A stretch of DNA of 64,000 nucleotides from Octopus sinensis (Eukaryota). The stretch is from assembly GCF_006345805.1 (NCBI RefSeq), contig NC_043008.1, positions 43,462,001 to 43,526,000 of the forward strand. Reading direction: 5' to 3'. Positions 52,331-64,000 of the stretch are shown one piece after another. Each line of letters begins with the position of its first letter. Position 1 is the stretch's first letter. The notes below the pieces were generated by a model. It was not told the origin of the DNA, ran no database searches, and saw nothing but the letters and a program-made list of their open reading frames with translations. Position numbers and translations under genes: made by a program.

Positions 52331-52845
52331 CATAAACTTAGATAAACTTAGATATGTTTCGACCAAAGATTGGTCCAGGCCATGTCTAACTTAATATCAC
52401 CACCTGATAGGATTATTCGAATCCTGTTTAAGTCAAGTTTTGTTCAAGTAGTGAGTTCTTGTTGGGTGAGTTGTATCCAATTATGGGTGGCTTGTCTGGT
52501 ATTCTTTGAAGGAATCTATCCAGACTCCGTTTAAACTTGATGGGATCCGTTTCCTCTTTGATCTCCCTCGGGACAATGTTAAATAGGGCAGGGCCTGTTG
52601 AGGAAAAGAAATTGTTGCAGTGTACATGTATGTTGTGATCTTGAATTGGGCAGGGGACGTATGGCCCGTGGTCCCAGTCTTGGATTAACCTTGAAGCTAA
52701 TGTTTAGGTCGTTTGGGCAAAGTTGGCGGTATATTCTCCACATCGTACAAATGATGTACCGCTCACGGCGACGCTTGAGGGTGTAAAGTTTCAAGGCTTT
52801 AAGGCGATCCCAATAATCGAGAGCAGCCATGCCTTCAATTCGTTT
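52330..52845 (-). mobile_element. CR1-like LINE (family C) 3' fragment with (ATCTAAGTTT)2 tail, (TA)n flanks
   Basis: [37 protein letters not shown]...; 3' double hairpin 52356-52405. Confidence 0.88.
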
Positions 52846-52867
52846 ATATATATATATATACATATAA

Positions 52868-52910
<43 letters not shown>

Positions 52911-52933
52911 TATGTATACATATATATACATAT

Positions 52934-52966
<33 letters not shown>

Positions 52967-53260
52967 TACATTCACATATACACACACACGCACATATGTA
53001 TGCGTGTGTATATATATATGTGAATGTATGAATGTGTGTATATATATACATATGTAATATACATACATATATACATACATATATACACACATATATACAT
53101 ACACGCATATATAAATATATATATACATATATACACATATATATGTGCGTATATATGTACATATATATATATATATGCATATATATGTATATGTATGTAT
53201 ATATATATATACATATACATATACATATATATATATGCATATATATGTATATGTATGTAT

Positions 53261-53291
<31 letters not shown>

Positions 53292-53401
53292 CATATATAT
53301 ACATATACATATATATATACACACGCATACATATGTGCGTGTGTGTGTATATGTGAATGTATGTGTGTGTTTGTGCGTATATGTGAATCTATGTGTGTGT
53401 A

Positions 53402-53435
<34 letters not shown>

Positions 53436-53455
53436 TGTGTGTGTGTGTGTGTAGA
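52846..53455. repeat. (TA)n/(TACA)n/(TG)n microsatellite
   Basis: Direct reading. Confidence 0.95.
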
Positions 53456-53665
53456 TAGTTTTGCAGTGAACGTACAGGAATTTGTTGATAAGGCCCACCA
53501 TATTGCGATATGGAGAGGTGATGATTACATTCGCTTTAACGTTATCGCGACAATTATTGATCCAAAATGTGGAACAATTTCAGAGATAAATTCTTACGAA
53601 GAAACACCACACCTAGCACTGTCAAACATGCGTACGTCAGCCATAACAGTAGCAGTAGTAGTAGC

Positions 53666-53720
<55 letters not shown>

Positions 53721-53789
53721 AGTGATGAATAGACAACAATTTGAAGAGAACGATGTTTCATGTGTGCACGTGTCTATATATTTTGCTTG

Positions 53790-54160
53790 GCTCAATCATT
53801 AGACTGAGGCCACGCTGGGACACCGCGAATGAGTTGACCGCCAGTACTTTTTTTAAAAGCCTGGTACTAATTGTGACGATCTGTTTGACCGAACCGCTAG
53901 GTTACGGTGACATAAATACACCAACACCGGTTGTCATGCGATGGTGGGGGGGGGACAACACACACACACACACAACATATTTAAAGGAATAACTTTATAT
54001 TATTATATAAAGTATTTATACATACATATATATATATAGATATATATACATACCACGGGCTTCTTTCAGTTTCCGTCTACCAATCCATTCACAAGGCTTT
54101 GGTCGACCCGAGGCTATAGTAGAAGACACTTGCTCAAGGTGCTACGCTATGGGACTGAAC
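53790..54160 (-). mobile_element. SINE S2 variant
   Basis: S2 centre and diverged tail (rc GCGGTGTCCCAGCGTGGCCTCAGTCTAATGA). Confidence 0.75.
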
Positions 54161-54709
54161 CAGACAGAAAGATAGGCAGACAGACAGACAGACAGATAGG
54201 TAGATAGATAGAGAGAGAGATTTCTTTATTGGCCACGCAGGGCTAAATACAGAGGGGACAAAATACAAAATAGAGCTTTTCTTTTTGGGGAGAAGAGAAG
54301 GGGGAGAAAGGGTGCGAATTCCGATCAAAATGGATCGTGAAAAAAATGGGGCCGATCAAATGGGATCGTGTGACACAGAAATGTCAATGTAAAAGGGGAG
54401 AACAGATTAGGCTTGTCCGTTGATAGAAAAGCCTACAGAAAAGACCACGGTAACCTTGGGCAATAGTGTCATGCAAAAAGAAAACACATTACAGTAAGTG
54501 GGTCTCTTCTTTTTGCCTTCGTTTTTTTTTTCTTTTGGTTCCTAGGATTATGTTCAAGCTGGCTCCATCATTCACACGTGCCATCCTTGCCACATTCACC
54601 CATTTTTTTTTTAAGCTTTCACTAGATAAAACATCCCTCTCTACTCTCACTTTCCTCTTCAAGTGATACTTGAAGAAGTTGATCCAGAGAGGAAAAGGAT
54701 GAAGTCAAT

Positions 54710-54828
54710 TGCATCGACCTCAGTGCGTAACTGGTACTTATTTAATTGACCCCGAAAGGATGAAAGGCAAATTCGATCTCGGCGGAATTTGAACTCAGAA
54801 CATAACGGCAGTCGAAATACTGCTAAAC
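54710..54828 (-). mobile_element. SINE S1 fragment
   Basis: CCCCGAAAGGATGAAAGGCAAATTCGATCTCGGCGGAATTTGAACTCAG. Confidence 0.82.
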
Positions 54829-56086
54829 ACTGATATTTATCTCTCTATCTCTTTCTCTCTTTCTTTCCCCCCCTCTCTCTCTCTCTCTCTCTCTCCCTCT
54901 CTCTCTCCCAATTTGTATATCTATTCTATCCATCTCTCTTTATAATACTTTATTTCTCTCTATCACATATTTCTCAGCAATTGTCCAAAGTGCTACGCAG
55001 TGGGACTGAACTCAGAACCATGTGGTCGAGAAACAAGTTTCTTACCAAAAGCGACGCCCTACGCCTGTATCTAGAAACATCAGTAACGTCAACGAAAGAA
55101 ACCACATTTGTCTGCAGCGAAATAACATTGTTTTGAAGTATTACAATTCGTAGAATCCTACCAGAAATCACCAAGACATCAGCAAGTAATTGAAGGAATT
55201 AGAGGTTCTATACTTCGTGTTTTGTGATGATCTTGCTATAATCCTAGCGTGTCAGAAAGTGCTAGAATGGCAGCTAAGGTGTAAGAAGCTCGTAGAACAG
55301 AGCAAAAATTCCTGTCAAATCTGTTCACGTCTAGCGAGATTAATAACATACTTTTGTTGAGAGAAAAGACGATTTATATTTCGATGCGTATGTTCAGTAT
55401 TGTGTATGTGTATGTATGTGTACGTTTGAATTAGTGTGTGTGACTGTATATATATATACACACACACACACATGCACACACAAATACAAATACACACACA
55501 TAATGCGCGTGTATCTGTAAGCCTTGTGTGTATTTATGAGGTTTGTACCTATATAATGTTGTATGTAGTAAATACACGTGTAGCTGTATTAAACACACAC
55601 AAGCACATCCATACACATAAGCATACTCACACACAAACGCACATACATACACGCACAAACACACATACATACACTCACACATATATGTGAATTATGTACC
55701 TATACATACTTAGGTGTATAGCTATATGCATACATATGTATATGTATGGGTAACTATAAACATACGTACACTAAGTTAAATCTAACAGAATTACATAACC
55801 ACTAGTTAACTTGCGTGTGTACGTGTATGTGCAAGTCTATGTATTCGCGTGCATGTGCGTTTACATATATATATATTGGTTTTTAATTGCTAGCGAGCCA
55901 CTCATAATGTGTTTAATATATCTTAATACATTAATATATATCATTGTAGTGTATTCTTGTATTGATGTGTGTGTGTGTGTGCGCGCGTGTGTGTACAGAG
56001 ATATCCACACCCCAAAATCTGAATGCATATGTGTGTGTATTTGTGTATGTATATGGGCGTGTGTAGTTTATTTAAACTAATATTTA

Positions 56087-56128
56087 CCTAGCGAATCGAG
56101 TTTCACGCCGCTGCCATCATCAGGTAGG
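56087..56128 (-). ncRNA. Decayed hammerhead-like motif
   Basis: CCUAC-CUGAUGA-UGGCAGCGGCGU-GAAAC-UCGAUUC^GCUAGG; core intact, stem II weak, one change from the palindrome ACUCGAGU. Confidence 0.5.
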
Positions 56129-56346
56129 AACTGAAGAATGTATTCTTCTTAGATCGTGAATACATTTTCAGTTTAAATAATCTATGCGGTCTACAAGATG
56201 TAATAAGCCCTCATGTCTTCACTTGTTCGATACAATTCAACTTTTTGAGTATATACAGGAGATTTTTATTCCCATGCTAGCCACTTGATATGATCGGTAT
56301 TTTAAATAACGATCTTATCTTTATATCTAAATCTATATCTATATCT

Positions 56347-56413
<67 letters not shown>

Positions 56414-56549
56414 CACGCACACATATTTATATGTATTATTTTAGAATATTGCTTAACAGCAACTCGCTTCATGACTTCTCAGCGCATGTCTGTGCATCAT
56501 CAACCACGGCATGCATAGCCCTCCGTTTAGCGGGTGTTTGACGATAGAT

Positions 56550-56576
56550 AGTTAAATAGGCAGACAGATAATAGAG

Positions 56577-56622
<46 letters not shown>

Positions 56623-56643
56623 GTAGATAGATAGATAGATAAT

Positions 56644-56686
<43 letters not shown>

Positions 56687-56718
56687 GATAGATAGATAGA
56701 TAGATAGGTAGATAGATA

Positions 56719-56809
<91 letters not shown>

Positions 56810-56810
56810 C
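56550..56810. repeat. (GATA)n microsatellite
   Basis: Direct reading. Confidence 0.95.
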
Positions 56811-57849
56811 GTGGGAATTCCACAGTTTCCAAATTCTATCAAGTTCGCTCTCAGTGTATAAATCGACCCGAGGCTTAAATACAGCACATTTGCCCAAGAA
56901 CCCGCAGGATTTCAAATATAATCCCTACTAGGGTAGAACCCGAAACCGCTTAGTTGAAAAGCTAGCTTCCTGACCACCCAACCGTGCCAACGCCATCTTT
57001 CTCACCTCTCAACCACAATAAATAATTACACGAAACTAAGCTTCTTTTTTTTTTTCACAAAACGAAGTCATGACTTCAAATTTGAATTTGAAATTCTCCC
57101 AAAATATATCCAAGACCATCGTTTTTTTGTTATATTTTTCCTTCCGTTTATATATTTTGCTGGGATTTTTGTTCATGATTTATTTTTATTTTAATTTTTT
57201 ATTTGTTACTTTTATTTTTATTTTTGCGGTGTCGTTCTTAGTTTTTGTGGGATCTTCATTTTTTCTTTGTTTTTTTTTTCTCTATTCGTTCTCTTCCAAG
57301 TTAAGAATTATTCGGTTGTGCAGCAAAACGATTCAAACACACACACACACACACACACACATACACACACACACACACACACACAACCAACACACACACA
57401 CACACACATACACACACACATTAACACAGCTTACGTGCGTGCGTGCTTGTGCATGTGTGGAGGGCGGTGTGCATGTGCGGGTGTGTGTGTACGTGTGTGC
57501 CTGCATTTGTGTGTATATGTCTCGTGTATGTGTGTGTGTGTGTGCTTGCATGTGTGTGTGCGTGTGTGTGTAGGGTTGGGCTGCGTGTATGTGTGCGTGT
57601 GTGTGCGTATGCGTGCATGTGTGTGCGCGTGTGTGTGTGCGTCTGTGTGTGTGTGCCTATGCGTGAGTGTGTGCGTGTGTATGCGTGTGTGTGTGTGTAA
57701 ATATATATTAATAGTGAAAGAGGGAAAAGGGGATAAGATACTGTAGTAAGTTAAGTGTTTCCATGTGTATGAACGCATGTGGGAATATCTACATGTATGG
57801 AAGACACATACGTGCACCCTAAATGTGCATACATGCACATATATACATA

Positions 57850-58075
57850 GTTGGAATTTATAGAAAAACCAAAGACGAAGGCAGGTGTATGAATAACAAG
57901 CAAGTGTATTAGTTTGACGCTCGGGAGAAAAGAAAAAGTGTTTTACGTTTCGAGCCTACGCTCTTCAACAGAAAGGAATAAGAGAAAATAAACAAAGAAT
58001 GAAAAAAAATGTGTAGAGTTCAGCGGTCCAACCCAGAGGTAGATTCGAATACATGCGAGAAAAAAAATACATGTG
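57850..58075 (-). mobile_element. Hammerhead-bearing short element related to 22351-22566
   Basis: Shared stem II GAGC/GCUC, extra A and 3' flank CCCGAGCGTCAAACTAATAC. Confidence 0.7.
57941..57974 (-). ncRNA. Minimal type I hammerhead-like motif (A6U variant)
   Basis: UUU-CUGUUGA-A-GAGC(GUAG)GCUC-GAAA-CGUA^AAA. Confidence 0.6.
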
Positions 58076-58165
58076 CACACAGATATATGCTGGTACGCAC
58101 ATATATACACTCGCATGTATGCGATTCACATGCATCCATCCACACATACTTATACACACGAATAT

Positions 58166-58207
<42 letters not shown>

Positions 58208-58265
58208 TTCGGAGCTTTTTAAGACTCCTATTTTTAGCAAAGCTGGTTCTTCTTGATACCCTAAT

Positions 58266-58425
<160 letters not shown>

Positions 58426-58678
58426 TTACTTATACGGTTTTATGCTTACAGCCACTAATATTATTTCTTATGAATAATGATAATGTACTTTTATGCATGC
58501 ATATATATGTGTGTATGTGTGTGTGTGTATGTGTGTGTAAATATATATGTAAATATATATATATGTATATATATGTTTATAAATGTAAATATATTATGTA
58601 CATATACATATATACATATATATATATATACTATATAATATATTATATATATATATATATATTTATATGTATATATGC

Positions 58679-58722
<44 letters not shown>

Positions 58723-59340
58723 TCGTGCGCGCGTACGCGTTCATACAAGCCAGTATGCAATATGCAAGCAGTGATAGATACGAATGCGCATACATACACA
58801 CGGCTCTCTGTGGAAGTATATACATACACACACACAGCACACGTATGCAGACACATAAATGTACACATGTATACGCTTGTAAATATACACGGATGCACAT
58901 TTACACATATACACACGTATGCAGATATACATGCATAGATACATACACAAATATATTCCATCTCACACGCACATTTTCTGGCTCATATATACATACATAT
59001 ATATATATACACATGTAAAATGCATACTGGAAAGAAATAAATGCGCTCTTATACACACTCAGATCAACATAGATACACGCATGCGCAGTCACCGAATTAT
59101 AGAAAGTGCTAAGATGGCCGCAAGGATTGCAAGAAATATCACAAGCCAAACCGTGTTTGGAATGGGTTTCCTTTCCAAATGACTTCAACGGGGAAATTTT
59201 TAGAGAACTTAAATGAAATGATTTTAATTAAAGGCCAAACGGGAAGAGGAATAAAATGATAATTCATGTATTTTGTTTTTTCAATTAACAGGAAACGATT
59301 TTAGCATAAATTAAAACATGCAACTGAGGAATAACTTCCA

Positions 59341-59660
59341 GTGGTGGGAGGTGGGGTGGAAGCGGCGGCGGTGGTTGGGGTGATGGTGGTTGTGGTGGTG
59401 GTGGTGGTGGTGGTGGTGGTGGTGGTGGTGGCGGCGGCGGTGGCGGTGGTGGTGATGATACTGAAGAAGGAGAAGGAGGACGAGGAGGACGAGGACGAGA
59501 AGAAGAAGAAGAAGAAGAAGAAGAAGAAGAAGAAGAAGAAGAAGAAGAAGAAGAAGAGAAGAGAAAGAAAGAAGAGAAGAAAAGAAGAAGAAGAAGAAGA
59601 AGAAGAGAAGAAGAAGAAGAAGAAGAAGAAGAAGAAGAAGAAGAAGAAGAAGAAGAAGAG
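59341..59660. repeat. (GGT)n-(GAA)n microsatellite
   Basis: Direct reading. Confidence 0.95.
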
Positions 59661-60759
59661 TTGGTTTAAGCGACCCCAGTACATGACAGGTACAATCACT
59701 GAAGCTTGGAAAGTAAACTTTACATTTTAATCTGTAATGAAGACACTTCTGTAGAAATCTTTCAACAGCTTTTATGGTGTCCGAAACGTATTAAGATTAA
59801 TCTGGTCAGCTTGAGCTTTTGGGCGGATTTAGAGGTGAAGTGAGCGTCTTCATTGATCCGCCTTTTTAATCGGATGAATCGAGGATGATTTCGACACTCT
59901 GGGAGTCAGAGTATGGGGATAGATTGAAGAATGTTTTAGGGGATCTGGAATCAGAAAATGGCTGAAAACTCTTGCTCTTTCGCGGTAGCACGACACGCTA
60001 GAAATGACGACTAAATCTTCCTCATATCACACCCTACTGTTTAAAAGATATTAAATATTAATGTATTTCTCTGTATACTGTATATACTAACCTAGAAAAA
60101 CAAAGCTGGTTGACCACGATTGGAAGATCTTTGATCAAGGGTCTTGTATCACAATCGGGGCTGACCTAGAATTAAAAACCAACAATATCAACCGTTTTCC
60201 TTCATTTCTCTCATTCCAAATGGGAAGGCGATCAAAGCGAAACCTATCAAACTAAATCTGTTTCATCTTTCACCGTCAATCTAACGTAATGCATGATTCA
60301 ATCATTGTTGCTAAACATTTTTCTGTAGGCCAAAGATCTCATTGCCTTTTATCAACGTATGAATTCGCTTTTCAACTCTCACGTTGAGCTATCGATTTTC
60401 TGTAAGCATTCAGCCAACTCTGATAAAAGATTGTCTGGCTTTGTTGTGATTGAGGTAACATGTTGCTTTCTTCTTGCTTTTCTTTCTCCTTTTCTTTTCT
60501 TTTGTTTGTTTCTTCTTTTTTTTCTCTCTCTTTCTTTTGTTCCAAGAATGACCAACTTCGGTCAGAGTTACATGTCATCGCTTTTGTTGCGCTCTTCAAT
60601 CTGAACTCGTCGCACCGGAGATTAACTCTTACCCGAATGTAGGAAAAACCTTCGACTTATCTTTCCAAGACGGAGAAAAGTTTGCGTTTAACGCGTTTAA
60701 TGTGGGGCAGAGGTGAGGAAGTGCTGAAGGGTTAATTAGCAAGCAAATTATATATTGGA

Positions 60760-61050
60760 GGGGGGAAAGAGGGGATGAGAAAAGGGAGAGGAAGGGGAGG
60801 AGGAAAAGAGGGGAGGAAAAAGAGGGGTAGGAAGAAGTGGGAAAGGGAATGGAGGGAGGGGAAGGGGGCATGAGGGGGAGAACGAGGGGGAGAGAAAGGA
60901 GGGGAGAGGAAGGAGGGGAGAGGAAGGAAGAGGGGAAGGAAGGAAGGAGAAGGGGAGGAGAAGGAAGGGATGCGAAGGAGGGGAGAAAGAGGGGAGAGGA
61001 AAGAAGGGGGGAGGAGGAAAAGAAGGAGGGAAGAGGGGGAGGGAGGAAAA
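60760..61050. repeat. G/A-rich polypurine low-complexity tract
   Basis: Direct reading. Confidence 0.9.
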
Positions 61051-62511
61051 TGTATTTTGTATGCGTGGTCTTTTTCTCTTTCCTTGCTCTTCGGAATGGC
61101 TGAATTGTTCGTTTCGTTCGGGTAGAAGATTGGTTCCGCTGACACTAGAGATTGTCTCCTCTTCACAGGAGACCGTTTCTTCATCACCAAAAGAGGGATT
61201 CCTCTTGAAGAAATATAAGCTTTCTTTCATAAGTCATAAACTTCCCTTCTTCACGAGTTATTACTTACCTGACACATTTAAAAGAGTTTCTTATGAGGGG
61301 TTTCGTGAGAAGGTATGTGTAACTTATGGTGATGTATAGTCGGGTAGAGTGACCAGAGATATTCGTGTTCTCATGACTCCTCAAAATCGCAAAACTAACC
61401 AAAGTTGTGCTCTTTAGAAGCCAGTGAGATGTAGGTCTTCCAACTGAACATCCAAGGCAAAAGACCAAGTTGCTACACATGTGGCAGTAAAATTAGTTTA
61501 AGGGCTTTCTGTTCAATAAACCTAAAATAAATACTGAGTCACAAAAAGAACGACGGGTCAGGAATCAAAGACTCGATCGTGACCCTTGTGTTTCTTTTTA
61601 AGAAATATTGTGGGATTACTTTATGGACAGCTGTACCTTGTACAATTTCTGCTTGCACTTTGGCCTCGTCCCCAGTTTTGATGACCACGCATATAGTACC
61701 AAACACTGACAGAACTCACTAAATAAAATGTTACTTAACGAACCTTGCCACTCTGCTACAGCTGCCTTCTCTGAATGAACAAACAACACCTCCATGGCCT
61801 CAGCAAGGCCGGGCGCTAATACCTTATTCTCATTCCTTCTAGTAAATATACGACAGATTAAGGCAGGGAAAGAGTACACACCTTATGGACAAAATATTGC
61901 CACGCTTTAGAACTTTCGACAAAATGTTTCACATCGAGTGTCTTCTTGTTCAAAAAATATTCGTGAATGAAAGGCCTTGGTTATTGTCCACTGTACTTTC
62001 GTTTGTCAAAGAACGAGTTCGTGTGTGTGTTGTTGTTGTTATTTGTGTGTTTTTTTTGTTTTTGAATCTTTGTTTTACATGTCATTATTTTTCAATTTTT
62101 CGACACACTGTTTGTATGCTAAGTTATATATTTTTATATTTTTTTGGTATATGTTTTGTTCGATGTAGATTCTTTTGAACGCGGTTCTCGTATAGGATGA
62201 CGTTTTTTATTGACTTTAAGTTACACAATGAAATTAAATTAAAATCAATTTTATAAAAATATGACATTTCCGGCAGGCCCCGGCGCTGGGTTTTCTTCCA
62301 ATCCAAAACAATTAAAGTCTCTACAAAAAATAAGCTAAAATGAAAAGCAATTTCTTCAGGAAGTCTTGAAAATTGAGAATTCTCGAACATTTTTATCGTA
62401 TCCAGGCGAATATTATTATTGTTATTATTATTATCAGTAGTAGTAGTTGTAGTAGTAGTAGTAGTAGTAGTAGTAGCAGCAGCAGTAGTATTAGTAGTAA
62501 TAGTAGTAGTT

Positions 62512-62594
<83 letters not shown>

Positions 62595-62595
<1 letters not shown>

Positions 62596-62910
62596 TGGCA
62601 CATCGTTAGCAAATGCCCGAATCTGGCATAACGTGCATAAAAAAAGACGCCATCGCAATGTGGTAAGAATGATCCATTGGGAGCTCTGTGGAAATCACGG
62701 CCTACAAAGAGCAAAGATGTGGTATGAGAGAACCCCAGGAGTCACTGAAAACGAGAATTGTAAAATCCTGTGGGATGTGATCCAGTGTGATCACCTGACC
62801 AGACATAGGAAACTGGACATCGTTGTGATGAATAAAAGAGAAAGACCATGCATGATAATTGACATAGCATGGCCTGGTGACAACAGGATCAATGTGAACG
62901 AAGAAGAAAA
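62595..62910 (+). pseudogene. R4/Dong-like fragment (end of CCHC knuckle, RLE N-half) directly after (TAG)n
   Basis: HIVSKCPNLA...KRRHRNVVRMIHWELC...ENCKILWDVIQCDH...RKLDIVVMNK...IIDIAWPGD. Confidence 0.85.
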
Positions 62911-62914
62911 AATT

Positions 62915-63715
62915 ATACAGGAGCTATGTATAAGCGTTATATATATATATAGGCTTCTTAGCTTTCTGTATAATGTTTATGCGTAGGCTTTATTGACTTT
63001 ATATATTGGTTTTAAGTATGGACTTTATTATAGGCTTTCTATATAAGCTCAATGCATAGGCTTTAGTAATATGGCTATATATAAGCTTTATGTAAAAGCT
63101 TTATGTACAGGCTTTATGTACAGGCTTTATATACTCTTTACTCTTTTACTTGTTTCAGTCATTTGACTGCGGCCATGCTGGAGCACCGCCTTGAATCGAG
63201 CAACTCGACTCCGGGACTTATTCGTTTGTAAGCCCAATACTTATTCTATTGGTCTCTTTTGCCGAACCGCTAAGTAACGGGGACATAAACACACCAGCAT
63301 CGGTTGTTAAGCGATGCTAGGGGGACAAACACAGACACACAAACACACACACACATATATATATACATATATACGACGGGCTTCTTTCAGTTTCCGTCTA
63401 CCAAATCCACTCACAAGGCTTTGGTAGGCCCGAGACTATAGTAGAAGACACTTGCCCAAGGTGCCACGCAGTGGGACTGAACCCGGAACCATGTCGTTGG
63501 TAAACAAGCTACTTACCACACAGCCACTCCTGCGCCACATATATATATGTATTACCTATCGGCCTTATGAATAAGCTTTATCTAAAAGCTTTGCATATAT
63601 GCTTTATGTATAGGCTTTATATACGCGTTCTATGTATAGGCATTGTCTATAGGCTTCATAGCCTATAGTCTTTGTGCATAGGGTTTATGTATAGGCTTAA
63701 ACATGCGCTTGGTAT
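62915..63715. repeat. 13-bp minisatellite (AGGCTTTATGTAT-like) interrupted by an S2 SINE
   Basis: Direct reading on both sides of 63132-63530. Confidence 0.82.
63132..63530 (-). mobile_element. SINE S2, full length
   Basis: Head, CORE-like centre, internal TA/CA tract, double-hairpin tail and (TAAAAGAG)n. Confidence 0.93.
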
Positions 63716-64000
63716 ATAATCTTTATTCACTTACAGCATCGTCGCCATAAACTCCACAAATGTTTTTGCAAGTCTTTGCAGCATTTTCTCCTTTTTATAA
63801 AAAACAAAAGCATTGCGATACGAATATGAAATTTTTGGTTATCCATTTCAAATGTCAATAAAAGGGAATCGGAATGAAAGATAAATCTATCTTTAGTCAG
63901 AAACAAAGAACGGGTGCACTACCACTTCAAGCAACGCCAAGGTTTTATCTATGTTACGTTTCAGGTGTGTTCGATGAAGCGCTATAAGATTTAGATTAAA

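Noticed and set aside
52356-52405. Hairpin + GAAAC resembling half a hammerhead
   Set aside because: No CUGANGA; explained as the LINE 3' double stem-loop
60329-60356. Possible 28-nt plus-strand micro-exon (AKDLIAFYQ)
   Set aside because: Weak donor (AAC|GTATGA) and no partner exons
61030-61480. Perfect minus-strand donor CAG|GTAAGT at 61269 and nearby acidic/NLS-like frame (DEETVSCEEE...GKRKRPR)
   Set aside because: No homology recognised and no consistent multi-exon chain; the frame runs into a polypyrimidine repeat
63950-64000. Minus-strand GAAACGUA near the window end
   Set aside because: The matching core and stem II strand are not within the window

Overview
Eukaryotic, AT-rich, very microsatellite-dense non-coding DNA. 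Its repeat landscape (tRNA-derived SINE families, CR1-like LINEs, R4/Dong-like LINEs, mariner relics) most resembles an Octopus/coleoid cephalopod genome; this is inferred from pattern recognition, not a database search. No host protein-coding gene can be supported, and almost all ORFs in the supplied track are translations of simple repeats. The only long coding remnant is a near-complete CR1-like LINE ORF2 (APE + RT, 30648-33567) with one frameshift and one stop. The most notable unexplained structure is about 11 type I hammerhead-ribozyme-like motifs from several distinct short repeat families. Two have intact catalytic cores (48866-48939 +, 40240-40358 -), and most lie 30-270 nt upstream of a (TA)-rich tract and have a palindromic stem III, as expected for Penelope-like/retrozyme-type elements. 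A second notable structure is a double 3'-terminal stem-loop with compensatory base changes, shared by three CR1-like LINE families and the dominant SINE. Third, at least four R4/Dong-like RLE retrotransposon fragments abut (TAA)n/(TAG)n/(TTG)n microsatellites. Ribozyme activity and novelty are untested.
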